This document shows positions 24,931-37,473 of a stretch of 64,000 nucleotides of DNA, piece after piece. This DNA is from Anthoceros angustus. Lineage: Eukaryota > Plantae > Anthocerotophyta. Within the stretch, counting starts at the first letter, position 1, and each line of letters opens with the position of its first letter. The stretch is taken from contig VJWM01000173.1 of the NCBI GenBank assembly GCA_010909165.1, positions 248,001-312,000 on the forward strand, read 5' to 3'. The notes below the pieces were generated by a model. The model searched no databases. It was given only the letters and a program-made list of their open reading frames with translations, and had not been told where the DNA came from. The position numbers were made by a program, and so were the translations under genes.

Positions 24931-26643
24931 GGGAATTTTGATTGCGCGCTCTGCCCTGCTGCTCGCTGCGCTGCGCTACACGGTTTGCTTGCGCGCCCCG
25001 GATGTTTCGGTTGCCGGCTCCGGGCGCAGCGGCAGATCCGGCAGCGCCAGCGCGCTGGATGCGGCCACTGTCGCTGCTGGTGGAACAGTTCGCGGGGAAA
25101 TCAAGAAACGTGTGACTGCTGTGTGGAAATGCCGCGCTTGCGGATTGCGTGACGGCCTGCACTGCTCTTCGTCTCCCCGCTCTGCACTGCTGCGCGGCCT
25201 CACCAGTCGGCCGTCTTGTTGCTTTTCAGGTTGCGGCAGCAGGCAATTGGTGGTGACAACCGCAACATTATGGCGCCTTCTCCTCTCGCCTTCCTGGACG
25301 AGTTCCACGCCACGCCGCAGCAGGCGCCGGGCCCGAATTCGCTTCGACTCTTCGCGCCATGTGAGTGTCAATTTCCCGCCTTCATCCGCGAATTCTGCAT
25401 TGTGGGATGGAGAGCACCGGATGGAGATTGGATGGAGTTTGCTGAATTGGATGTGGTTGCTAATTAGGGCAGCGCGCTTGCAATTCAGCGCTGCCGGGAT
25501 GTAACAACCTCTTTTTCCATTCGCTTGTGCTTCCTCTTGCTCACGCTTCTTGTCCCTTGCTGTGCAGTGGCCCCCGCACATCTCAATGCCCAGCCCCCTC
25601 TCAATGCCGCCACGCTCTTTATCGACAGCGGCAATGATCTGGCCTGCAACCTGCTGGGTTCCAACAGGAAACGAGCCCGAGAGTCGGATGAGCTTGGCAA
25701 CAACAGTGCACGGCAGCCTCAACATCAACCGCAGCATCGCCAACCGCATCAACTTCTGCCGGCGGATTTCATGCACACTCAGCAGCAGGCTGCCAATCCC
25801 ATGCCCCCGCCTCCGTCTGCCGTCTCAACGGGCCTCCGCCTTGCATTTGAGGAAGCAACTCTCAAGCCAGCTCCGGCGCCTTCTACCAGCGGAAGAATTG
25901 ATATGTCGGCTTCTCTACTAGCCGTGGTCGGGGATGCCCTCAATGTGCAAAATCAGCAACATCGCGACGAGATCGATCAGTACATGAAAGCCCAGGTACT
26001 CCATCCTCCCGCTCTATTGCACACCTTCTTTCGTCACAGCCTGCCTGCTTTCGCTCGTGTGAATCCTCTGTGGCTCACTCTGTCTGTGCCTCGTGTGTAA
26101 CAGGGAGAGCAAATGAGGCAGACTCTGGAAGAGAAACGCCAGAGACATGCCAGGTCCCTGATCGCTGCCGTGGAAGAGGGTGTGTCTCGGCGGTTGAGGG
26201 AAAAAGATCTGGAAGTAGAGAAGGTGAAGAGGAGAAACTTGGAGCTGGAGGAACATGTGAAGCAGCTGAGCATGGAGGCCCATCTCTGGCAGAGCAAGGC
26301 CAAGAACAACGAGGCCATCGTGACTGCTTTGAGGAATAATCTTCAGCAAGCAGTGCACTTCAGCAGGGAAGACCTTAGCAAGGAAGGGTGCGGTGATAGT
26401 GAAGTTGATGATGCTGCATCTTCCCATCACGATGACCTGGCGGATGCCCAGGCCCGGGCTTACAGGGAGAACAGACAACTCAAGGAGCAAAGGTCCTGCA
26501 GGATCTGCAGAAGCAACGAAGTGTCCATTCTGCTCCTGCCCTGCCGACACCTGTGCCTGTGCAAGGACTGTGAGGGCCGCCTCGACACATGCCCCGTCTG
26601 CGGCTCGCTCAAGAATGCAAGTGTGCAGGTGTACATGTCGTGA
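24662..26643 (+). CDS. BOI: BOI-related (BRG/SBP1 family) RING-HC E3 ubiquitin ligase, ~384 aa
   Basis: N-terminus MAVQAQYPSNVL, VSTGLRLAF motif, coiled coil LREKDLEVEKVKRRNLELEE...W..AK.NEA, and RING CRIC...LLLPCRHLCLCKDCE...CPVC. Exons 24662-24717, 25230-25360, 25568-25995, 26104-26643 (1155 nt, in frame). Confidence 0.92.
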
Positions 26644-27473
26644 GGAATTTTGACGGATGTTCAAGTGTTGCACACACATACACACATTCAGGCTTGCTGC
26701 CTTATAGTCGTGGATTTCAGTGGATGGATGCGCAGAGACGGACAGAAACAGGCTAGCTTAGTTAGCCACCTAGACCAAAGTCTTGTAGATATTGTTAGGT
26801 AGATGGAAGTGGTCATAGCGAAATGTTGGTTGTTGTAAGCGACTCATATTAACCAGGGGAAGTACCCGGAACAAAAGGCTTGATGTTAGTGGACATTTTG
26901 TTATGACCATCCTGGACTGCAGATACACTCATGTCAACCTCCTTATGAGTTTTTGTAAACCGAGACACAGGTTTCTGCTTGGAAACGTGTGGAAAGTTCC
27001 CTTCATTGAAATGTGTACCGGCCGATAGCAAGCAACGAAGTCTTAAGCAGAATCTTCTCGTTGTGCATACTGTGCCAAAGATAAAACGAATGAAACCTGT
27101 CTCCCGTCTGTTGGATGCTTCTCTCGATCATGTGGGAGCGTGCTGCTTGAAGCGGCTGCTTTTTGCGAGGCTTGTCGAAAAATGCCTGAGATTTGTGGGA
27201 GCGCGGGCCATGTGGTCTACTAGGTTGTACGGGGAGACGAGAAAAACATCTTGGAAGGAAGGCCGTTCCACACTGTTTCACGCAAATGTGAATGTGGCCG
27301 GCCTGGCCCGGCCCGGCGCGGTGCAGAGTGCAGAGTGCAGAGTGCAGGGTGCAGTGAGTGTGGCATCTCCAAGAAGATAAGCAGCAAGGCCGAGGGAATG
27401 CGGATGGCGATGGAGTTGAGGATGATGACGCTGTGAGCGGACCAGGAATCAGGGCAGAGGCGGGGCCGAGTGG

Positions 27474-28076
27474 ATGGCACTTCCATTATTCGCCACATTG
27501 TCATGCACCATGGGACCAGGTTCATCATCCTCCCAACAACAGCCCAAGGCGGACGCGCTACCCAAGTATGTGACCGTGGTGGTTGAGGTGCCGCAGGGCA
27601 GCTTCGTGAAAAGGCGACCCGACGGCACCGTGGATTTCATCACGCCCCTGCCGTCCCCCTTCAACTACGGCTCCGTGCCGGATGTGCCTGCTCCCGACGG
27701 GGACCCGTTGGACGCGGTCATTCTGGGCCGTCATCTGCCGTATGGGCACACTGGAGTGTGGCGGGTTCGTGGCTGCGTCCGGTTTGTGGACGCCGGTGTG
27801 GTCGACAACAAGCTCATTTGCACGCAGCACAAGCCCTCTACCAACCACGCTCCCACGTCCTTGAGGCTGGCCAGGCCCGCTTCTGCTGCTAATGCTGATT
27901 CCAGGTCCTCCACGGCCTGCGTGCCTGCTGGCCTCACTGCCCTGGATTGCCTCTCCCTCTCCACCTTCTTCACTGTTTACGCCGGGTTCAAGACGGTGCT
28001 CAATGCTGTCAGGGGCAAGTTTGGCAGGACTGCATTCGAGGGTTTAGACTTCTCTTCGGTGCCTGGCGGCTTGTAA
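27474..28076 (+). CDS. Divergent family-I soluble inorganic pyrophosphatase-like protein, intronless
   Basis: VVVEVPQGS.VK, PFNYG, signature DGDPLDAVIL and D.G..DNK motifs of family-I PPases. Start ATG at 27474 or 27510. Confidence 0.85.
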   Translation: MALPLFATLSCTMGPGSSSSQQQPKADALPKYVTVVVEVPQGSFVKRRPDGTVDFITPLPSPFNYGSVPDVPAPDGDPLDAVILGRHLPYGHTGVWRVRGCVRFVDAGVVDNKLICTQHKPSTNHAPTSLRLARPASAANADSRSSTACVPAGLTALDCLSLSTFFTVYAGFKTVLNAVRGKFGRTAFEGLDFSSVPGGL

Positions 28077-30587
28077 CATTGCTATTGCTGGCTGGTAGCT
28101 CTAGCTCTGGCAGGTTGGGTTAGGTCAGTGAAGCACATGGGATTGGAACCAATTCTCCTCTGCCCACTTCTTTGCTGGGTGGCTGGCTCCAGTTGTGCAT
28201 GGCTCTGGACTTTAGCTTCTTCTCCAGGCCTGTCATCTGCCTTGCATGGAAAGCTATTCCTCCACATGTCAAGAGTTTGTGTAACCAAGTCACCCTTCTT
28301 CTCTGTAGTAAAGCGAAGATCCAAGATTGGCATATACATATTTGATGAGGTGTGCTGAGTCTTTTCCTTTCTGCGCTCCCTGCTGGGTTCCACAACGCTT
28401 CCACGACAGCAGCATCACATGAGCTGCCTGGTACAGCGAAAACATTGTCTATATAACAGCGACTTTTGTTTCTGTGTGGTTCACACACAGCACGCTTCTA
28501 CAGCGTCAGTGGTACCAGTTCACGACCTTTCAAGGACTGCAGGTACCATGAGGAGACATGTGCTGGCTGGCCCCTGAGAGACTCATCATGCATCGATGCC
28601 TCTTGTCTTGCGATAGTGCATTTCCAGCGGTCCTCGATGACTCTTGTGGGTCATAATTCATTTTGCGAGGGGAGAGAGCAACAAGTTGCAGTTTACCACG
28701 TCTCACAGCTAACTCCAGTGGATAGAAGCAGGTGCTGTGGCCACGGATAGCGAACTGTACTTGGAGAGACGTTGGGCTCCAGACCTTATTAGTATTCTTC
28801 TATTTCCAGTTCTCAACCAGGAATCTTGCCGGCGACTCGCTGGCCGTTCGCACGCGATAATGGAGGCCAGCAAAAGAGGGATGTGCGTGCGTGATGAAAG
28901 TATGCGGGGTCAGGAACACATGGCCCGCTGCAGGAAAGGCAGCCTAGCTGCCTCATGCAGTCGTCGGGCAGATTTTGCAGGGCCCTGCAGGCGCCCCGAG
29001 CCGAGGATTTTATGTCAGGAAAGGTCAGCATGCTGTTTCTGACAGGTAGGTTTTTTGATTCAAGCAACACAAATCGAGGAACTTTTTTTTGCTTACATGT
29101 ATCATATACCTACTTGGACTCCTTGGAGACTGAGTCCCTGTACAAGCTCCCTCGAGCTACACATGTGGCTCTCTGACATGTTCCAGATTCAGTATGTGGC
29201 ATCTTGTGCGTTTTAACCCCAGCACGTCGATGTTCGGCTCATGTAGGTACCTAGAAATCCGTTTTAAATCAGAGCCACCATCACCTCATCCTTGCGCATC
29301 TGCGCATCCTCCCGTGCTTCCCACATAAACAGACATGTAAAGCATGGTTGAATCGAAGAGAAAGCGTGGTAGAATCGCGTTAGAACCCGCACAGAATCGG
29401 CAAGAAACCTCTCAAACAGGGGTTTGCCAAGCGGCTTGAGACGCGTGAGAGTCGCGTTAGCCAGCAGTGATGCATGCAGACACCGCCAATGGGCGTGCAG
29501 AGGCACCGTGGAGTCCTGGACCACGACATTCCCCTCTTGCACAAGGGAGGACGCGTCGAGGGCTAGGCAGGAACGCTAGATGAGACGTTTCTTTTTGTTT
29601 TGTTTCCGTGAATTTCCGGACAAAAAATCGCTCTGAAGGGTCCGTCGTTCTCGGGGCAATCAGTGCAGTGAACCAGCTTTCCTGCGATGACGCAAGTGGA
29701 AGCATGTCTGCTGGGGGCCTGCAGATGCCTGCAGTACACGCAAATACCCCGAGTTTAGTCTGTAAAGCAGAAGCTGGGAATGAGGCCTTCGCTCGGGTGG
29801 AAACAGTGGAAAGGATTGTCAACACCTCCAGCACTGTGGAGCGGATTCATCACACATCTACCCCGAAGGCCTCCTCGCACGTGTTTACTGTGGCCACAGC
29901 TTTTGCGAGCCATTGGTGGTAGTGTTCATTTGCCAGCTAGCATCTCTGCCGGCCCAGCCGACCCTCGGGACCGCCTGCTGCTTCTTGGGTACCCACCTGC
30001 CCTCTCCATTATGTGGAGCGGCTTGACTCTCGTCTCCTTGCGGTGCTCATGGCCTAACCATTGCCTCCCTATCTGCTTTGCAACCTGGCTGAAATGCGCA
30101 GGTTGGTAGCAGCTGATGGGGAGGGGGCGCTTCTGGACCGGAGCATATATGGAAGGTATGATACTCTGACCGAGTCATCGAGCTCCCTTCCTTCTGCTGA
30201 CTCGTCTCATCCTGCATGGCTTGCCATGAGTAGCTAGCTGCTCTGCCAGGACCTGCTGCTACTTACTATCTTCTGCCCTGCATTTGTTTTGTGGGCACTA
30301 ACTCTGTGAGAGAATGCGGCTCGCATGGCCATGTGGTTCCACGTCCAGATCTCAGCTCTGGTTTCGCAGTCCTCCACCGTTCAAGGCCATCCACCACTTG
30401 AAACTTGGACGGAAAGGTGGCCAGACCAGCTCCTACCATTTGTTCCTACTTTAGAGGACCTTGAAGCTAGGTTTGTTCTCTTTGGCAGGTTCCCAGCTTC
30501 CGGCTATCTCTGTCTCCAAGCCTAGCTTGTGAGGACAGGAAGTGGCTGAAAAAGTGTCTCTTATCAAGAAAAGAGCGGACGGACGGG

Positions 30588-32099
30588 ATGGAGCAGCTGT
30601 TATCTCTGAAAGCATGGTTTTGGACCGCTGATTGGCGGCTGCTTACCGGTTTGGTATTGACTGTGCTGCTCCTCTTAGAGCAGCTGACGTACATGAGGAA
30701 AGGGAAGCATTTGCCAGGACCTGGTTTTGTATTTCCATTTTTGGGGGGGTTATTAAGCGTGGTGAACGATCCCACAGGATTTTGGGACGCTCAGGCCATT
30801 GCTGCCAGGAAAATTGGCATGTCGTGGAACGTGCTGTTCGGCAGGTTTGTGGTGTTTGTGAGAGACTCTGAAATGTCACAGAAAATCTTCGCGAATGTTA
30901 AGCCTGAGGTATTCCAGCTTGTTGGACATCCTTTCGGCAAGAAGATCTTTGGTGAGCGGAACCTTATCTTCATGTTCGGAGAAGAGCACAAGGATTTGAG
31001 ACGGAGGCTTGCTCCCCTCTTCACTCTCAAGGCCCTGGGCGTGTATGTTTCTATACAAGAGAGAACGATTCGTCAGCACATTGGAAAGTGGCTTGAAACA
31101 GCGGAGCGCACTGGAAGTGATCCAGTGCAGTTGAGAAGTCTGTGCAGGGATCTCAACTTGGACACCTCGCAGAATGCATTCGTTGGGCCTTACCTCTGTC
31201 AGGAAGCCAGGTTGCAGTTCTACGAGGACTACAATCTCTTCAACGTGGGGCTGATGAGTGTCCCTGTCTACTTCCCCGGATTTGCTTTCTATAAGGCTAA
31301 TCACGCTGTCGATAGGCTCATTGACACCCTTGCGGGTTGTGCAAAGCAAAGCAAGAACAGAATGATGAGAGGAGCAGACCCAGCTTGCCTTACAGACTTC
31401 TGGATGGTGGAAACCGTGAAGGAGATACAGGAGGCGGCAGCAGCTGGCCGCCCACCACCTCCACACAGTTCTGATGCTGACATTGGACAACACATATTTG
31501 ACTTTCTGTTTGCGGCACAGGATGCATCAACGTCCTCTCTTGCCTGGGCTGTAAGCCTCCTCGAATCCCATCCTGAGGTGCTTGCAAAGGTGAGGCAAGA
31601 GGTGAAGTCTGTGAAGCCCGATCCATCCAGCTTCTTCACCCCTGAGCAACTTAGAGAGCTGAAGTACACAGAGATGGTAGTGAAGGAGGTGTTGAGGTAC
31701 CGCCCCCCGGCAACCATGGTTCCCCATATAGCGAATTCAGATTTTGCTATCACAGACACCTACATAGTTCCCAAAGGCACCATTGTCTTCCCATCGCTGT
31801 TCGAATCCTCCTTTCAAGGCTTCACAAACCCACACACCTTTGATCCCGACAGGTTTTCTCCAGAGAGGCAGGAGGACGTTTTGTACAAAAGGAATTGGCT
31901 GCTATTTGGAGCAGGACCTCACCAATGTTTGGGACAACGGTATGCCATTAACCACCTCGTGCTCTTTGTTGCTCTCTTCACATCCTTGGTGGACTGGACC
32001 CGGGTCCGCACACCAGGCTGTGATGATCTCCTGTACACTCCCACCATTGCGCCGAAGGACGGATGTCTCATCAGTTTATCAGAACGGAAGGCTGATTAG
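30588..32099 (+). CDS. CYP710A: Cytochrome P450 CYP710A, sterol C-22 desaturase, intronless, 503 aa
   Basis: GHPFGKKIFGERNLIFMFGEEHKDLRR, I-helix FDFLFAAQDASTSSL, EVLRYRPPATMVPH and heme motif FGAGPHQCLGQRYA. Confidence 0.97.
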   Translation: MEQLLSLKAWFWTADWRLLTGLVLTVLLLLEQLTYMRKGKHLPGPGFVFPFLGGLLSVVNDPTGFWDAQAIAARKIGMSWNVLFGRFVVFVRDSEMSQKIFANVKPEVFQLVGHPFGKKIFGERNLIFMFGEEHKDLRRRLAPLFTLKALGVYVSIQERTIRQHIGKWLETAERTGSDPVQLRSLCRDLNLDTSQNAFVGPYLCQEARLQFYEDYNLFNVGLMSVPVYFPGFAFYKANHAVDRLIDTLAGCAKQSKNRMMRGADPACLTDFWMVETVKEIQEAAAAGRPPPPHSSDADIGQHIFDFLFAAQDASTSSLAWAVSLLESHPEVLAKVRQEVKSVKPDPSSFFTPEQLRELKYTEMVVKEVLRYRPPATMVPHIANSDFAITDTYIVPKGTIVFPSLFESSFQGFTNPHTFDPDRFSPERQEDVLYKRNWLLFGAGPHQCLGQRYAINHLVLFVALFTSLVDWTRVRTPGCDDLLYTPTIAPKDGCLISLSERKAD

Positions 32100-33078
32100 T
32101 GATCCCATACAAGGGACTTTGTAATTGTAATAAAAACGAAACCGGTTCCAGAGGGTGTTATCCCACCTGGCTGTATGAATTGCTGCCTCCTGCGAGTTAT
32201 CCCCCCTGGCTGTATGAATTGCTGCCTCCTACGATGAGACTGCTGTTTTACAACGGGACCCCACACAACGCGACTCATCGTACTTTGTCACATGGCTGTG
32301 TCTAAAGAACCTCCAGGGATATCTTCTTCAAAGTTCAAGGTTATTTTTCTCTTGTTTAGCAATGTCTAAATTTACATGTCCATTGTGAGTAGGTTGAACG
32401 CTAGTACACAAGCATGCCAGAGGTGGTCAGATGATTGAACAAGCAAATGCACAGAGTTTGAGTGGAGAGTAGGCTACAACAAATGCATAGAGTTTGGGTG
32501 GCATGTAGGCTATAACATATATGACTTTCTAGGCAGCACATATCCATTGCACATACGGCGATATCTGAAGTAGCCATTCCCAACGAGCATGGTCATGGTG
32601 GAATTGGGATAAGGGCTCACCAACTCATTAGTATTCTCTCGGTGGGGGCAAGATTTTCGAGGGCCAAGGGATTGTGCACTAGGTACAAAAGGGAAGGTGT
32701 TGATGATTGATCATGTTACTTGTTATAATTACTTACTTGTTATTACTTCTTTTATTTTTTGATATTTTAGTGTATCTATGATTATCTGCACCATTACTAA
32801 CATCTTTGCTTACCTCACAAGAGGTGTCCGCATGCATGTGTCTTTCCACACATTTAATTGTAGCTCATTTTGTCTTAACCCCATAACCAAGACACGTAGT
32901 TGGGCACTTTTAAAACAAAATGCAGCAAATTTAGTTTTTAGCTTTTTTCCATTCATTTATTCATCTAATAAAATCTATCTAGCACACTATGACTCATCTC
33001 ATTCCAACAAACGATGAAAAACCTATGACTTGAAGAATGATCTTGTTTCTCACAAGAGAAGGAGTCAATTGGCACAAT

Positions 33079-33180
33079 TTCCACGTGGTTTCCACGTGCT
33101 TTCCACGTGCTTTCCACGTGCTTTCCACGTGGTTTTGCTCAAATTCCACGTGGTTTCCACGTGGTTTTGCTCAAATTCCA
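33079..33180. repeat. Array of seven CACGTG (G-box) hexamers in an 11-bp repeat
   Basis: CACGTG at 33082, 33093, 33104, 33115, 33126, 33147, 33158; unit TTTCCACGTG(G/C). Confidence 0.9.
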
Positions 33181-33371
33181 AATCCAAACACATGTCGTGA
33201 CACACCAATAGATACATTAGCGATTGATTAAAAATTTGAAACATTATGGCAATCTAAATGCCAAAGTCCTTCACAAAATGAAAGGAATGCCATAAACTTG
33301 GGTGCCTAATGGGGGAGAGAACGGAGAAGGGGAGGAAAGGGAAGAGAGAGAACAGAGGGAGGAGTGCGAAG

Positions 33372-33536
33372 CAAAATGGGAATGCGGAAGGGAACAAGGA
33401 AGGGAATGGAGGGGAGGAGTGAGAAGAGAGAGAAGAGAAAATGAGGAGGGAAGAAAATGGGAATGCGGAAGGGAACAAGGAAGGGAATGGAGGGGAGGAG
33501 TGAGAAGAGAGAGAAGAGAAAATGAGGAGGGAAGAA
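33372..33536. repeat. Purine-rich direct duplication, ~82-bp unit x2
   Basis: AAAATGGGAATGCGGAAGGGAACAAGGAAGGGAATGGAGGGGAGGAGTGAGAAGAGAGAGAAGAGAAAATGAGGAGGGAAG occurs twice. Confidence 0.9.
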
Positions 33537-34012
33537 GGCACAGGGTGATTTGTGACAACCACTACATAGGGTGTCCAACGAATCCCGTTCACAAAAGTAT
33601 TTTGCCCAACGGATCCCGTGCACAAAAGTATTTTGCCCCGTAGCAGAGCCGCTAGTTCCTCATTAATACAAGCAATATAGACAAAGCCTTTGATACCTAC
33701 AAAGGTGTTAGTACATGTGTTCCCCATCTCTTTCTGTTTTCTATGAGCTTCTCTTACGCAAATTCTTGGATTGCACGGGCCCTTCCTCAGTCGTTTTGCC
33801 AAACTTGAAGACATGCTGCCCATATTTTGATAATATTACCTAAGAGCTCTTTGCGCTAAACTCAGACAAGAAATATTTATGGAAAGAATCTTATATTGAA
33901 ACGCCCCTTATGTATGCCTACGAATATGAATCATACCTAATTAAGTATACTTTTTATTTCAGAGAAGAAAAGGTTTTGGATTGAGACTTTATTTGATTGT
34001 GATCGAGCACCG

Positions 34013-34232
34013 AATGAAAGCCACTTGGGCATCAAATGAAAGCCCCGCCACTTGGGCATCAAATGAAACCCCATTGGGCATCAAATGAAAGCCCCGCCCT
34101 TGTCACAGTTGAAGTGGCATCAAATGAAACCCCATTGGGCATCAAATGAAAGCCCCGCCCTTGTCACAGTTGAAGTGGCATCAAAACCCCATTGGGCATC
34201 AAATGAAAGCCCCGCCCTTGTCACAGTTGAAG
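34013..34232. repeat. Complex tandem repeat (GGCATCAAATGAAA core)
   Basis: GGGCATCAAATGAAAGCCCCGCC(CTTGTCACAGTTGAAG) modules repeat about 6 times. Confidence 0.85.
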
Positions 34233-34455
34233 TTGACACTAATTGGCTAACGACACAACAGTTGCTTCGCTCCTAATCCCTAGGGCTTTTGAATCACAAC
34301 AAAGTTCTAATCAATACATACATATGTGATACAAGCTAAGTTTGTAAGTGCCACGAGATCATCTGTAGTAGACTACAAGTAAGTTAAACAAATACGTACT
34401 CAAGAAGAAGAAGAAGAAGAATTTTAGTTAAGTCCACTAAGGACGGATTTCCGTC

Positions 34456-34723
34456 ATGGGACTTGGTACTTAACAACTTGCACCATGGTGTGCCTAAGCT
34501 ACTTGCACCAAGGGCATCCACTCTCTTCACACACCCCATCTTAGTACCGATCTAAGCGCAGGATGCTTAATCACAACGTTCTTATAACATGGGACTTTGT
34601 ACTTAACAACTTGTACCATGGTGTGCCTAAGCTACTTGCACCAAGGGCATCCACTCCCTTCACGCACCCCTTCTAAGTACCGATCTAATAAGCGCAGGAT
34701 GCTTAATCACGACGTTCTTATAA
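34456..34723. repeat. Direct duplication, ~132-bp unit x2
   Basis: CATGGGACTT(G/T)GTACTTAACAACTTG...GGATGCTTAATCAC.ACGTTCTTATAA occurs twice. Confidence 0.85.
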
Positions 34724-36365
34724 ATGTGTGTCCATTTGGACAAGGTGTGTATAAATTAGCCTCCTTAGTGCCTAGAGTATATTGTGCTAGATAGCTTTGT
34801 CCACTAACTTAGCTCTACGCCAAAATTCTACATTCTAACATAGCAATTGAAGCAGGTGTAGCCATGCCTTGGTGGATGCCAGCAGACTTTAGTGAAGAAG
34901 ATGCAAAGGCGATTGTCCTCTCATGGCAAGAGTTTAGAGAAGAAGACGTGGAGCTCAGTCCCAAGTCATTTTCCGAGCATAACCCGTATGTTGAGATGTA
35001 GGGTACAAGAGCAGATGTCGTGGAGCTGATTGATTGATTGATTGATACTAAGTTTATTACACGCTACAAGTCTCTCCCTAGAGAATTCTACAGCACCATC
35101 TAGAGTCTCTCCCTAGAGAATTCTACATCACTATCTAGAGTCTCTCCCTAGGGAATTCATGTAAGGAATTCTAGATTGTCCAGTAGAGCAATCTATGGCC
35201 AGCAGACATTTGGAGCATAATGAGTCTGCTTTAGATGGCAACCAAGCAGGGCGCCAGAATGCCAAGGAAGGGGCCATTCCATATACGCGGTCAGGGTCTA
35301 CTGGTGCATTAGAGTGGCAGCCGGAGCTACCCATACACAAGAACGTAGTGCGAGAGTGGCCGAGGATCATGGAGCAGCTAAACTAACTGGTCAACAAATA
35401 TAGGGTGCATCTGAGCCCTATTGCAGAGCCCAATAGGAAACAGAAGCAAAAGTTCACGTGCAAGGAGGATGAAGCCGGCCTTTCTACGACAAAAATGCTG
35501 AGGGGAGCTGGTGGGTCAAGACGTCAGAGGGAAAATGTGGTGCCGAATATGAAGGTGTGCCCAGCCCTCATCAATGCATATGCATTAGAGAGGAAGCGGG
35601 AAATGAGGGATTCTCACTTGAGGGAAGTGAGAATCTCTCCCTCATAACTGCTTTCCATTAAGGAATTTCGGTGCGCTTAAACTTCTAATGCTGTTAAATA
35701 TATCAATCGTGACAAATATGTTCTGTAAAGAGGTGAAACTGATGTAAACCCGCTAATGATCGGGAAATACCACGTCTAGCAAACTTCTCGATTAACGACA
35801 AGCATCGGAATCCACAGTGGCAAGGCCACAAGCTTTTGCGGTAGGTTTTTCTCGTGAGATCTTCAGCCACCAAGCTGCAAACATAGGTAAAAGCTGCTAG
35901 AGTCATCCGTAAAAATTAGCGGAATTGTTCACGATCCTCACCATATTGGAATTGTTGCACCATCCTGCAGAAGAAACAGATTTGTGCAGTACCACGTTGT
36001 TTGTGTAAACTTGTTTGTGCACTCACCTCGGTCCATCCATTTTCTAACATAAACCCTTGTATGGGATGAGCGACGGACATGCAAAAATAACGTGTAAGTG
36101 ACGGTTTTAATCCTTTTCACCCCTTAAAATCGCTTTGCCCACCCATCGATGCGGCACAATGTGACCAAATAAACATGCAAAATGTAGCGGTGAGGGATTG
36201 AACACCCATTTTAATTAGCAAACACCCTCGAAAAACGCTTAAAAAGAGCGAATGCACATTTTCGCCCAAAAAAAATGAGATTTTAGCTATACCCCTTGTT
36301 GCGAGAGAAACTCTTTTCTTCCCAGACGTTATTTATAATTGAAACCTTGGCAGCAGTGACTTCTT

Positions 36366-36726
36366 GAGAATTCAGGTGACCTAATCGCACATGAAGCTCT
36401 TTGGGCTGCCTCTCCATAAAATTCAGAGCAGTGGGCAACATTAAGCCAAAAGCAAGAGAATTCAGGTGACCTGATCACATATGAAGCTCTTTGGGCCGCC
36501 TCTCCATGAAATTCAGAGCAGTGGGCAACATTATGCCAAAAGCGAGAGAATTCAGGTGACCTGATCGCCCATGAAGCTCTTTGGGCTGCTTCTCCATGAA
36601 ATTCAAAGCAGTGGGCAACATTATGCTAAAAGCAGGAGAATTCAAGTGATCTGATCGCACATGAAGCTCTTTGGGCTGCCTCTCCATGAAATTCAAAGCA
36701 GTGGCCAACATTTGCCAAAAGCAAGA
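36366..36726. repeat. Tandem repeat, 90-bp unit x4
   Basis: GAGAATTCAGGTGACCT.ATCGCACATGAAGCTCTTTGGGCTGCCTCTCCATGAAATTCA.AGCAGTGGGCAACATT at ~36366, 36456, 36546, 36636. Confidence 0.92.
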
Positions 36727-37473
36727 AATGAAAAAATTGTTAGGTTCTTGTTCGTGTCCCCACCTCCAAGACCATTTTCAAAATCAAGTTCCATGCCGCT
36801 AGCAAACTACTTTCACACGATACATGCATTTTGTTCAAACGGGCATGCGCGCAGAGCTAACCAATTATGCTTGCATATTTTAGAGAAACTTGCTGAAATC
36901 AATTACTCATGGAAAGCTAAAATACATCTTAAAGGCTCCACAAGTTGTGATATGAGCCTGTACTTTATGGGCTTTATGGAGTGTAGCCCTTAGAAGGTGT
37001 TGTCGTTGCTCCTGCTAAATTGTTTATTGAGAGACAGAATTACAATTATGGTTGTAAGCCAACTCTTGGAACCGAGAAAATAAGTATGGCTACAAAAAAT
37101 GGGTCTATCAGCATAAGCAACATAGATTATGGCCTCTGACACCAGTACCTATGAAGGTGGGTGTACATTATTCCCCATCACTTCCTGTTTTCTACAAGGT
37201 TATTTGACATTTTGAGCTATCGCAAATTCTAGCATTGTATAGGCCTTTGTTCAGTCGTTTTGCCTGACTCAGAGACACACGACCCACACTCTAATAATAC
37301 CACCTAAAGGCTTGTTGCACCAAACTTAGGCAAGAAACATTTATGGAAAGACACCAATTGAAGCCGTTCATCACAATTAAAGTTAATACTCATTGCCTAA
37401 CGACACAAGAATTGCTACTCGTTACAATCAAAATTGATACTAATTGGCTTAACGACACAACAATTGCTTACGT

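Noticed and set aside
30105-30200. Imperfect hairpin containing GAGCTCCCTTC, reminiscent of a miR159/319 star arm
   Set aside because: No mature TTGGA(C/T)TGAAGGGAGCTC sequence and only weak pairing.
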